DNA of 64,000 nt. Origin: Alloascoidea hylecoeti (taxonomy: Eukaryota). The DNA lies in NCBI GenBank assembly GCA_001600815.1, contig BCKZ01000013.1, forward strand, positions 124,001 to 188,000. The letters are read 5' to 3'. Below, piece by piece: positions 51,651 through 62,880 of this stretch (within the stretch, counting starts at the first letter, position 1; every line of letters begins with the position of its first letter). Both the position numbers and the translations under genes were made by a program. The notes beneath the pieces were generated by a model that was not told the DNA's origin, made no database searches, and saw only the letters and a program-made list of their open reading frames with translations.

Positions 51651-51825
51651 GTGAATTATATATATTTACTTGAACGTTAAATATGTTTAAGTATTTAATA
51701 ATTATATGTATATCTATATGTGAATACTAAATTTTACTTTTATTTCTTCTTTTTTACAAATTTATATTATATATCTGTAAACAGTAGTGATACCACTTAT
51801 TATTGGACGAGGATTAAAGATTCGG

Positions 51826-52072
51826 CCGCTTTACACTTAATTTACGGCCACCCTGAACTAAATATTCGTCCACGTCATACATAAAGGTTCGACCACTTAT
51901 TGAATAAAGTATTCGGCCACTTCTTGAATTAAATACTAGCCCACACCTTGAATTAACATTCGACCACATGACTCCCAAATATTCGACCATGCTTGTAAAA
52001 ATGATCGACCACCCTACACTAATTTTTGGCCATCTATACTTTCAACAAGCTGCTGGATACTTGTTCGACTAC
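51826..52072 (+). repeat. Array of about 10-11 motifs, consensus TAAAtaTTCGRCCAC, period about 21-25 bp
   Basis: For example taaaggttcgaccac, taaagtattcggccac, taacattcgaccac, caaatattcgaccat, separated by variable 6-10 nt. Confidence 0.85.
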
Positions 52073-52191
52073 ATTCATGAACTATTCTTTTACATTGCCT
52101 CTTTTATATTAGTATAATCAACTCAACATTCTGAAAACCGCTAGCTAACAACTAACAGACAGAGGTAGTTTATAATCATAATACGCCCCAA

Positions 52192-52390
52192 ATGAGTACT
52201 CCAAGACCCAATGAATTTCTTTATGAAGATAGAAGAGGAAATTTAGTTGACGAAAATAATAATGAGGTCTATAATAGAGAATTAGATCCACAAAATGGAC
52301 CAACTTTGCCTCGAACTATTAATTCGACTTTGGGAAAATATTTCTCAACTGTGGGCGAATATATAAGTCTATAAGTGGTCGATATTTAGA
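52192..52390 (+). mobile_element. Putative truncated transposase 5' end fused to an inverted terminal repeat
   Basis: MSTPRPNEFLYEDRRGNLVDENNNE follows the array; 52346-52390 is the reverse complement of 57770-57815; transposase assignment rests on recalled similarity only. Confidence 0.4.
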
Positions 52391-52394
52391 TAAA

Positions 52395-52620
52395 CGGTAG
52401 CTTGCGTAAATATCGACCACTTAACCCTGTATATACAATTTTCATAATTAAAACTAAATAATTTTAATTAAAATCACAATTATTTTTCACACATGACCTA
52501 ATCTAATTTCGAATATATGGCTAATTATGAATTTAACCAAATTGCTAAATAATCTTCTAGGATAACACTAATTAATTTTTGAACATAATGCCAATTTATG
52601 ACCAATTAATTGTCACACAT
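52395..52620 (+). repeat. Second element end, homologous in inverted orientation to 1-225
   Basis: Shared taaatatcgaccacttaac, aattttcataatt, gaatatatggctaatta, aattaatttttg, tatgaccaatt. Confidence 0.75.
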
Positions 52621-52899
52621 AATTACCAAATTTTATTTTAATTAATTTCTATGGATGTGGCCAATCAATTTCCTAAAATAACGCCAATTAATTCCAGATG
52701 TAACGCTAATTATTGAAAATAGCGCTATTAATAGGTGGAAAAACTGTAATTAAAACTCTTTGGGATTTTACAGTAGGAATTATTTGGAACTCGATACCTC
52801 TTTTGTATCTGACATCTTTAAACTGTAGTTATTATCTGTATATTATTGTATGTATATATATATATATATATATATACCTGTTCTATAAATACAATTAGA

Positions 52900-54630
52900 A
52901 ATGGCTGACTATATAGTAACTACTAAATATCGAGCCTCATTTCATAAACTAATCAAAACAAACCTTAATATCTAACACTCCTTCTTTACCTTACTTAATA
53001 ATCATTTTATAAGGTAACTCTTCAGTTTCATAAAGGTGTTACTAACTGGTTTTATTAGAATATCTGAATAATTATCTTCAGTTGGTACTTTCTTGATAGA
53101 TTCAAAATGTTGATTCAGAAACAACCTGTTACGAATATATTTTATTCTTGTATCAATGTGGTAATTTCTTCCTTAAGACACTGGATTAGTTGCCCATTTA
53201 ATTACCGTGTAATTGTCTTCCAAATAATCAATTTTAATATCTTCACCATAGATAAACTTCAATAAATTCATTAATTTATCAAGCATTTCACAAGCATAGT
53301 CCAATGCTAGCAACTCAGATTCAGATGCTGATTTTGTTATAGCAGATTGTCTGCGGGANGCCCATCCTATAATGTTTCCATTAACCATTAAAATAACACC
53401 GGAAGTGCTTTTACGACTGTAATCTCCCGATTTGTCCGAATCCACGAAAACTGTTACTTTATCCTCAATGTTATCTTTATTATAAGATAANACGATACCT
53501 TCCTTCTTGGTAGATAATAAATAACGAGTAACTTGGTGTATCAATCTCCAACTTTCTTTGATTTCAAATGAGTAAATCTCCCTAGATAATTTATCGCGTA
53601 ACAGCAATCAATTCTTAACATATTTCCATGATAAATCAACTTACCAATAGCGGATCGATATGAATATTCTTTAATTATTTCTTTTTCATTCACTTCAATA
53701 TAATGATGTGGAATTTGGGGTAATTTGACCCTTTTAACTTTATATAATTGTCTAATCTATACACATTGTCACATTCTTTAAAACCCTTTCCAACCAAGTG
53801 GTCTTTAATGTGGGTTTGCCACAATGATGCTGAACGTTTCAATCCATACAAGGCTTTATTTAACTTTAGCACTTTGCCACCTTTATCTTCATCTCTTAAT
53901 CTAAAATAAAATGGAGGAAAATTCACATAAACTTCTCTATCATCTTCACGTAAATGTGCATTCAAGTATGCATTACGAACATCGAAAGTCACCATTTTGA
54001 ACTTTCTTTGAAGTCCATAAGTTATCAATAATAACAGTGCTTGAATTGATAATGTTGAAGATGTGTATTGATGATTGATTTCAGTTAATTCCTTATCCTT
54101 ATCGCCTCTTACAACACATCTTGCTTTTTCCACCTTATTATCACCAGCAATTTTCTCCGTCAACACCCATTGTGTAGGTAATATGTTGGTATTTGTAGGT
54201 ATCTTTTTGAATTTCCATTAAATCCCCAATAGCCTGCAATTCATCCAACATAGCAAACTTATACCTATCAAATATTGCATTTGATATCTGCTCTGTAGCA
54301 ATCACCAACCCAATGCTTTCACTTACGGCTTTTCGCATGCTTCTGGTAATTCTCCTATTATTAGTGATTGGAATTCTGACCTAATTGTTGTCCATTCTCA
54401 GATTTCGAGGTATCATTTCATCCTCTACTCCTTCTAAGATATTGTTTTTATTATCTGCCGTGCTCTTCAAAATATCTCCATCACCATTCAAATTGTTTAA
54501 TATTGGAACACTGATTTCTTCATGCTCCTTTACTAATTCATCATCTGAATTATCAATATCTCTATCAATATCTTTACCATTAAAGCATTGGGTGGGATTG
54601 ATCATGGATGATAATGGCAGGTTTTTCCAC
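52900..54630 (-). mobile_element. Ty1/copia LTR retrotransposon relic (RT and RNase H, PPT, start of 3' LTR)
   Basis: KARCVVRG, FDVRNAYLNA, LNKALYGLKRS, VDSD..RKSTSG, SASESE, EDN, HIDTR, DILIKP; purine tract aaagaaggag then TG at 52977 on minus strand. Confidence 0.9.
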
Positions 54631-55265
54631 AAAACAAAGAAACAATTGCTGCTGATTGGACTCAGAACAGAGATAGTGTCAAGAATAATATTTATGGGAG
54701 ATCTGTTTGGAAAAACTGGAAATTGAAACTATATTCAAGAAAACCTTTTGAAATGAGACAAGAAAAGTATGAAAATGCTATACCGAAGATTAAAGATTTG
54801 CAAGAAATATATTAAACTACTACCAAAGTAATAAATGGAGAGAAACCAAACAAAGACGCTACACAGATTGATAAACACGAAAAAAAGTTGGAGTTGATTT
54901 ATTGGAAAGCTTGCAATAAGTACTGATGAACAACGTAAACTGACTATCGGTATGGAGAAACGGAAAAATGACGATAATGGAAAAAACAAAAGGGACGAAG
55001 CCGAGGATAAAATGAAATAAAATTAATAATATTATATTTTTGTTGTTAATTTATATACTTGAATCATTAGTTTCTTTTACACCTATGGGAATTTGAATCT
55101 TATGGGAAGATTATGAATTTTTGTCAAAAACGTAATCAATATAGTTACTGTATTGCCTGTGATTACTGTTGTCCAGAGTCGTCTATTGAGTGATTATAGG
55201 GTTATGGACACACTCGTTGATTACTCATTGTTTAGCCTTTCAGTAGTCCCACATTTGTCTCTTGA

Positions 55266-55325
55266 TAGTTTCTTCTTCTACATAGTTTCTTCTTCTACAT
55301 AGTTTCTTCTTCTACATAGTTTCTT
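55266..55325. repeat. 17-bp tandem repeat (atagtttcttcttctac), about 3.5 units
   Basis: Directly visible. Confidence 0.9.
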
Positions 55326-55925
55326 TCTAGTTTAATCTTTACAGATAGATAGAACAAATATAGTCTAATATATATATTCTATCACAAATATCTTCTGAGA
55401 TTCATCTTATCCTATAAAACTACAGAAATTCAAATTTCCTTATACGAATTAAGATACTTGAAAGTGTAAGCATTAAATTAATTATATCTGTTAATAAAAA
55501 AGAGTTGAGAAATCTACCCCAAGGGTGAACCATCTCAGGATAGTTCTACTAAATTCCTTTAGGGTTCACGATTATTATTATTTCAACTGTTAGGCGAATA
55601 TTTTAAAATTATTAAATCTTCGAATTAGAATTTTATTAAGAAATTTTACAACTAGAACAGTAACTCGGAATAACGAGCATTGGCATCTAGAGTAGAACAA
55701 TTATACATGTATACTTGATATGATAGAATTCTTTATTTAGCACCAAACAAATAACAGACATTTGCATTTTTAGATCCATATCACTAATTTTTATTCTTTA
55801 AACAACACAACCCACCATAACCCATCCTCATTTGTAACACCTAAAAGATTATATTATCATCCAAAATAAAAATGATGAAATATGATATTCAATTATTCAA
55901 TTACAAATAATAAATTATTTTAGCC

Positions 55926-57606
55926 TCATCTCAGATCATTCAAGTCAGCAATATCATTTTCCTTTCCAACTTTTAATTGTTCTTCTATTTCTTCACTTGA
56001 ATTTTTTTAAGTTGTGGTTTACTACTGGAGAAACCGAAATCTATAAAGTAAATAGTTCCATCAGAACTTTCTATAAAATTGTGTTTTTTTATGTCACCGT
56101 GTATAATGTTATAGGAATGAAGGATCAGCAGATTTTCTTTTGCTTTTTGGAAGATACTAGCCTTTGATATAGTCCATCAAAATGAAAATACCGCCATCGT
56201 TTTCATGTGCACCAGAATCAGATTTGAATTCAATGAATCCAAAACAAATTAAGTTTGGAATAAAATGTATAGACCTTTTATAATCTTTTATTAGACAATA
56301 TGTTTGATATTCAGTTGCAAAATGTTGAAAACACTTTGTGGGCATATAATCAGAACGTCGATAGCCCTTAAAAGCACAAAAAGGATCGTAGATTTTTAAA
56401 ATATATTCTTTTTCATTTTCCATTGGTATTTGTACATTTTGATTTCTGTTTATTTTTTCAAATAATTCCTTCGACAATTTCATTACTTGACTGTGATATT
56501 TTCGGTTCCATGCATATTGAATACACATGCCGTTAAACTCCGATTCTGTTAAAACATCTTTGTTTAAATATAAATCCATACGAGTGAGTAAACTTAACTT
56601 CTTTTTCGCCGAATTCTTTTTGTAGTAATTGTTTTAATTCAGATCCCGGTTTTTCTGCATCCAAATTAATCTCGCTAGGAGTTTTGCGTAAACAATTTAA
56701 AAGATTTTTAACGGCGTTATTCACCTTTGTTTTTGAATGTGTTTCAAAGAATTTGATAGATTTTCTGATAAATAAAATAAAATGCAAAAGCAAACGCTGA
56801 TTATTCAAAATCACATATTTGATTGGTGATATTTTAAAATATTTGTTTTTATTATCAATTCTTATTGGAAATCTTCACCTTTAATATCTTTATTTATATC
56901 AATATCTATTTGATATAAAATGGTGTAATTAAAATCAGAATTGCATCCAAAAGGAGTTTTAGAAAGAAGACAACTGGTGAACAGATTGAGTTAAAATTTT
57001 GTTGAAATTGTCATCAAAGGGATTTTCTATGTCCACGATAATATTTGCAAACTAATTATCTTTCTGGTTGGAGAAAATATTTTGTAGCCCAAGAATTGTG
57101 AAACAATAGCTTCGTTGATGCGACTAACGAGCGTTATTGGTTCCTCTAAGATTGAAGCAATAATAAAATTTAGATCATTCGTATTTGCTTTTGAACACTT
57201 GTTTTGTAACCATTCCAACTCTTCTTTAAAATTAAAAAAAGATCACAATTGTTCGAATTTTGATTAATTTTGATACCATGTATTATAGAGGACGCTCTAT
57301 TTCTCGTCGATGTTGGCTCTCTACTCTTTTTTGAAGGTGTGCTTGTGCTTGGGTCTTGAACAACAAAAAGTCCGGTAGTGGGAATATTCAGCAAAAATAA
57401 AGCCGAGAGTTCAGGATCACCTTCCTTGTCAAACCAATGAACAATGGTATCTGTTTACGTAGGACCTTCAAAAATTCTGGATCGTTGAAATCTCCAAAAT
57501 CAGCTAGAAGATCGTCAGTATCAAAGAGCAAGTCTTGCCTAATAGAACGATGTTCCAGAACAACTTTCTTATAGTTATTTAATCTATCTGCTATTGAATC
57601 AGACAT
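55926..57606 (-). pseudogene. Most complete copy of the PD-(D/E)xK nuclease plus kinase-like family
   Basis: ATG at 57606 (MSDSIADRLNNYKK) to stop at 55926; kinase motifs ILKIYDP, IPNLICFG, ILMDYIKG, LHSYNIIHGDIKKHNF, IYFIDFGFS; several frameshifts; nuclease core deleted near 57045. Confidence 0.85.
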
Positions 57607-57759
57607 TGGAGGTTTTTTCGAAAGAGGGGTGTACATGCTGCTTCATCAGGTCATATTTCCAAACAACCGTCGAAAAGATAAACAGATTTCAAAAATTTGT
57701 GTTAAGTATGTGTACGACCAAAAACAATATAAATGTCACTAGATAAGTATGTACCTATT

Positions 57760-57940
57760 CAGTAGTTTGCATAAATATCGATCACTTAAAGAATCATATA
57801 TTCGCCCACAGTTGAATTACTAGTTCAACCACATAACGCGATAAATATTCGACCACATGATGCGTAAACTATTCGACCATACTTTGAATTAAATATTAGG
57901 CCACAACAAGCATAAAGGTTCGACCACTTCTTGAAAAGTA
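57760..57940 (+). repeat. Terminal repeat (cagtagtttgcataaatatcg...) followed by a TTCGRCCAC array
   Basis: About 7 motifs at about 23-bp spacing; units such as cataaaggttcgaccactt are shared with the 51.8 kb array. Confidence 0.8.
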
Positions 57941-58189
57941 TTCAACATGGTGCTCAATGCCTTATAGATACTGGAGATTAGATTAGTGTATAAAATGAAA
58001 AATTAAATATAGTATTCAGTGTTGGTACCCTTAACCCTTTACATTATGCCACTCTACAAAGACATGTTAGTCATTCAAATCTGATCCATTAGATATTAAT
58101 ATTCTGAAATAAACTCAAAAAATGGATGCTTTCTTCATTTCTAAAATGGAAGGTTCATAATTGCAGCTTCACGAATAATTGCATGAATA

Positions 58190-58950
58190 TGAGAACCTCT
58201 AGGAATCACATCAAAGGTTTTTTCCGGAAGTTCTATATAGAAACCTGTGGTGGATTCCTTTTTTCGGCTATTAGGATCCCCAATCACTCTATACAATTTA
58301 TTACAATCTCCTTTCCAAATTCCGGTCTATATCATAAAACTTACAAACCTGGACTTCCTTATCCCATAAATATTTTGAGATTCAAAGGCTTGGCATAATT
58401 GCTGTCGAGCATATACTTTTCTGGTTTGGGACCCTGTAACGATCAAACATTCGTCAATGAATACAACAACATCTCAAACTTCCAGAGACCACTCCACTCT
58501 ATGTTTGGATCACATTATTATGTTTCTGTGGTTCTTTTCCTTCATAGAATACATTTTACATTCCAAAAATAATCCTTATCCATGTTGTTTCAGAAGGGTG
58601 CTTAGTGGTCTTTGATATTCTAACTTTGAAGCTAGTACTTGTTACTCAAACGTATTCAAGGGGAAGCTTTTACAACCATCAGAATTTAATTTGCCACCTT
58701 TTTTGTAAGTTTTCAGGCTCTTTTATTGGAGGAAAAGTTGTGGCAGAAAAGTTGTTGGTGTATTTCTTTACCGTGAACTTCCCGGTTGAAGGTGGAAGCT
58801 TTCTGCCCAGTTCAGCGAATTAGAAGCCATGTCCTTCTATACTTATTATGTGTTTCAGTCTGCTTAGTTGGTTGCAACTTCTTTTTACAATTACAATTGC
58901 CTGGAATATCGATTAACAGAATCTTAGAGGTGATTCTATGTTATATTCGA
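58190..58950 (-). mobile_element. Tc1 transposase remnant related to the 12.3-13.5 kb element
   Basis: Minus strand HRVEWSLEV*DVVVFIDE..QAF..GIWKGDCNKLYRVIGDPN aligns with YRLKWSHNIWDGVVFSDE..QAF..EIWKGNRDSLYRVVRNPN. Confidence 0.75.
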
Positions 58951-59488
58951 TCATCGATACATCTAAACACTCAAATTCTCTTGATAATTATTCATTTTTA
59001 TTAACGGATTAATAGTAAAACAGTGCATAATGTTAATGTTTTACCGGGTGTATAAGGACATATTTATTATAACAGATCAATTTTTGATATATAATCATAA
59101 TTATAATATAGAAAAGTTGTTACATTATTTATGGTAGGCGTACTTCTTTATGCATATAAACTTTAAACTGGCTTAACAGGACACTCATCATGAAACCTGA
59201 TAAGCTCAAACCATTAAAACCTTTCAAACCATTCATGGAATTTAAAATTACTTTTAATTGACCTAACTATAGCTATATTTAACCTAAGACATAATATAAT
59301 ATATCTGAATCAATAGTTATTTATAAATATTTATGAAAACTATTTAAACAAATTGAAAATCTTCATAATATGGTTTTTCCTATTCTTCAATCACTGGTTG
59401 ATTAAACAATAAGAGAAAATAATTTTTGCTTTTATTACCTTATAACTCCTTTTTCCACTCTCAATTTCAATTCAATTTAAAAACAAAA

Positions 59489-60061
59489 ATGCTTTTTAAC
59501 AAAGTTGCTGGTACATCTTTGATCTTTGCATCTGCTGTTTTAGCTAAAAAGAAAACTACTAGTACTACCAGTACTACCAGTACTTCTACTAGTGCTGATG
59601 AAGAAATTGGAATTTTCAATTTTGCTGCTCTTTCTGTCGATGATTCAGCATTAATTACTTCTGCTGGTAGCGTCCCAACTGGTTCATATAGTGGTTCGGT
59701 ACCAACTGGATCAGCAGGTATTGGTGGTTTTGGTCAAGGTTCTCACTCTGGCTCATTTGGTGGTCCAGTACCAACTGGATCAGCTGGTGTAGGTGGATTC
59801 GGTGGATTCGGTGGAATTGGTAGTCAATCAGGCAGCTTCTCGGCGGCTGCCTTTACTGGTTCCGTTGGTAACTTCGGAGGATTTGGCTCATTTGATGGTG
59901 CTTCAGAAACAGGTTTTGGTGGATTTTCACAACAAATATCAGGTACATTTGCTACAATTGGAACTTATGGTGCTGGATCTAACTCTGCTGTAGCTGATGT
60001 AACAGAAGCTGCGGAATCTGAGTATGAAACCGCTGCTGTTACTGCTGTTGCCAGTGTTTAG
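59489..60061 (+). CDS. Secreted Gly/Ser/Phe-rich protein, paralogue 3 (fewer repeats, distinct KKKTTSTTS N-terminus)
   Basis: Same signal peptide from ATG 59489; shares GFGGFSQQISGTFATIGTYGAGS with the other two. Confidence 0.85.
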   Translation: MLFNKVAGTSLIFASAVLAKKKTTSTTSTTSTSTSADEEIGIFNFAALSVDDSALITSAGSVPTGSYSGSVPTGSAGIGGFGQGSHSGSFGGPVPTGSAGVGGFGGFGGIGSQSGSFSAAAFTGSVGNFGGFGSFDGASETGFGGFSQQISGTFATIGTYGAGSNSAVADVTEAAESEYETAAVTAVASV

Positions 60062-60752
60062 GTAAATTATATATTTTACTTGAATGTTAAATATATTCAG
60101 GTATTTGTCAACTAAACGTGAATGCTATAGCTGAAATTTACCTTCATTTCTTTTTTACTTGTACAATTCTATATTAACTCACGTATAAGCATAAACAGTA
60201 GTAATAGTAAAGCCATCCAATTCAAATGTATGAAAAAGAAAAATTAGATCATTCAAGCACTCAGATTCAGTTTTTTTTAATAGGACTATTAACAGTTCGA
60301 CTGTAAAACATCGTACTTGTTAATGTTGTGCTAGGCGCTTAAAATTTAGAGGTTTGTCAAACAAAACACAATTGCATGCTTGGCAGTAACGAAATGAGAC
60401 TTATCTCAACATTTTGATTTGCATGTTCATGAATTCATAATACATGTAAAGTAATTAAACATTGAAATTTTTTATTTCGTAATGAATTGGAAGCGTAGTG
60501 TTTGTTGCGAATAATAGCAAATTGTCTTCATTTTACATGATGAATTATACTTTCTAACTTAATCACATAATGGAATAACTACATTTATTGAGATAATAAT
60601 TATAACTTTACCAATATTAATAGTTTACAAATCATGTAATAAATACATAAACATATCATAAGTGATAATATATATATTTAATTTTGTCTTTTTTTCTTTC
60701 TTCCTTTATAATCATAGCCTATTAAAAGTTATAATTATAAAATATACAAAAT

Positions 60753-61673
60753 TTAGTAACCCAAAGCAGCTAAAGCTTTAACAGAATCAGTCTTAGCAAC
60801 ACTTGATTCAGCAGCAGCTAATTTTTTAGCAAATGCCTTCTTTTTAGCATAATAAGCGGCAGATTTAACCTTTCTCTTTTCTTCTAAACGATCAACAACA
60901 TCTTGATATTTCCAACCAACTTCATGAGACAATCTACCAACAGTTGTATATTTTCTACCAGGTTTTAATCTTAAAACTCTTAAAGCTTGTGGGACAACAA
61001 CTCTCTTCTTTTTGTCATATGGTTGTGGGATTCCTTCAAACACCTTAAGACGTTCAAGAGCAGCCTTTCCACGTGGAGTTTTATGGGCAACCATACCACG
61101 AAGAGCTTTATAAAAGATTCTCGATGGAGCTCTGAAATGGAATGGACCATGAGTTTTGTTGAATCTAGTTCCTTTTCTAAGATAAGCATGGTACTTTAAT
61201 TTATTTCGGAAAAATTCTCCAGAAATGTTTAAAGCTTCACATCTAACAATGACAACGTGTTGACCATTGAGAATTTGCTTTGCGACAATACTGGCGAGAC
61301 GACCAAGGAGATGTCCCTTACCTATTAAAAGAGTTAGAATTTTGTATTGGTAAATTGTCAAGATTAATGGAGATTGTTGTAATGTTCTTAGTTGAGTATT
61401 TGTCTCGATGGAGGGGTATCAATATTAATTCCTCTTTGATAATAACTCGATTAAATCTCCTTTTAATTGTATTTTCATAATCATTATACATTTCAATAAT
61501 TATTGTCGTAATATTTGCAATTTTTGTGATAAAAAGTAAAAAAAGTGCTTGAACATCACCAGTCTCCACAAATAGCATATATCCAATAATCACATTAAAC
61601 AATCAACATTGAATATAGATGAAATAGAGTGATGCGTACCGTCAATAACAACAACAGGCTCAAAAGTGCTCAT
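60753..61673 (-). CDS. RPL16: 60S ribosomal protein uL13; exons 61673-61640 and 61321-60753
   Basis: 318-nt intron GTACGC...TTCTAAC..TAG joins [11 protein letters not shown] to [23 protein letters not shown]; ends LAALGY. Confidence 0.95.
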
Positions 61674-61772
61674 TTTTTGGATGATTTGTGTTGAACATTT
61701 CAATGTTACAGAACTAAAATATGAGTGTGTTCCCACATATACGCTATCGGGACTACATCTACGAAGACCATC

Positions 61773-61789
61773 TTAGGGTTTGGCCCTAA
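61773..61789. promoter_or_regulatory. Inverted TTAGGG/CCCTAA pair, candidate Tbf1 element
   Basis: ttaggg-tttgg-ccctaa 100 bp upstream of the RPL16 ATG. Confidence 0.55.
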
Positions 61790-61829
61790 GTATCCATTTG
61801 TAACCATAATTTTATTTATTTAAATCTTT

Positions 61830-62697
61830 CTACGTTATAATTGAATATTTGTTTCCCGTTATTTGTGAATGACTTCTGACGACTCTTAAAATGATTCTTT
61901 GTTGTTGAACATTGTCGAAAGATGTCTCAATGGTTGTGTCGGTATAATGAGTAAACGGTTCTTTGTTTCCCTTTCCAATTATCTGATCAACGGTGTCAGC
62001 AAAATCATTAATGAATTCAAGAGAATGATAAACTTACCAGAAAATCAACATCAGTTGCGTTGGAACTCAACGAACGTAACTGTAGCATCAATCTAGATAA
62101 AGCAGACTGCCCTATTTAATTATAGTTATTGTAGTTGTTAATTATTATTATATTTAAATAAATAGTATTCGTACCTTGAGAGTAGTTGATGGCAGTTGAA
62201 GCGTTGATGGGGGCCCCAATGTCCTGGATCACAATTACTTTCAGACCATTGTTCAGATTGATATCCGCACCAATGGTTTTAAATTGTTCAGTAATCGCCC
62301 CGGAGATGGAAGTGGTGTCAAGACAGATCAGCATCTTAACCCTGTTGAGGACAGACTCCACGGAACAAACGTTGCTGGAACTTGAGGTTTTAATGGCCCG
62401 TCGTACTGTTTTAGCAACCCGGATGAAATCCTCTAAAGGAAAAGTAGCGGTTGTGTCGATCCATACGGCCTGTGCCTGACCGTTTGTGAACAATCTCCTT
62501 GAAAGTGTCCAGAACGCACACTATTTATTATTAGATGATCATGGCGATGATCATGAAGATGATCAAATGGAGTTACTTACATGCAAACTGGCAGAAGCCT
62601 GTTGACCAACCAACGACACCAAATTCCCACAGAACACCTCGGGGGTGGGGGCGGGGGCAGGAGGGAAGGTTGTGGGTTGAGGTATGGATGTGTTCAT
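61830..62697 (-). CDS. Small Rad51-paralogue-like (RecA-fold) protein, 4 exons
   Basis: ATG 62697; donors GTAAGT, GTACGA, GTAAGT give one open frame to TAG at 61830; AVWIDTTATFP, VLNRV, KVIVIQDIG; no GKT Walker A. Confidence 0.65.
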
Positions 62698-62880
62698 TAT
62701 GGGGAGGTTTACATAAGTTAGTTGGGTCAACTACAAGTTAAGTACAAAACAATTGCATTCTTTATAAATATTTAATTTACTACTTTCACTACTCCCTCCC
62801 AAAATTATATTCTTCACCACTTTTAAGACTCTGTCTTTATATAATTTATATCATCATATTCATATTCACCTAGTCATATA

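Noticed and set aside
51826..52072. CRISPR array
   Set aside because: Eukaryotic context, degenerate ~15-bp repeats, linkers only 6-10 nt, no cas genes
54630..55600. 5' LTR, primer-binding site or gag of the copia relic
   Set aside because: No match to the sequence next to the PPT and no recognisable PBS or gag knuckle
61322..61639. snoRNA in the RPL16 intron
   Set aside because: No clear box C/D pair or H/ACA structure by eye; a covariance-model search would be needed
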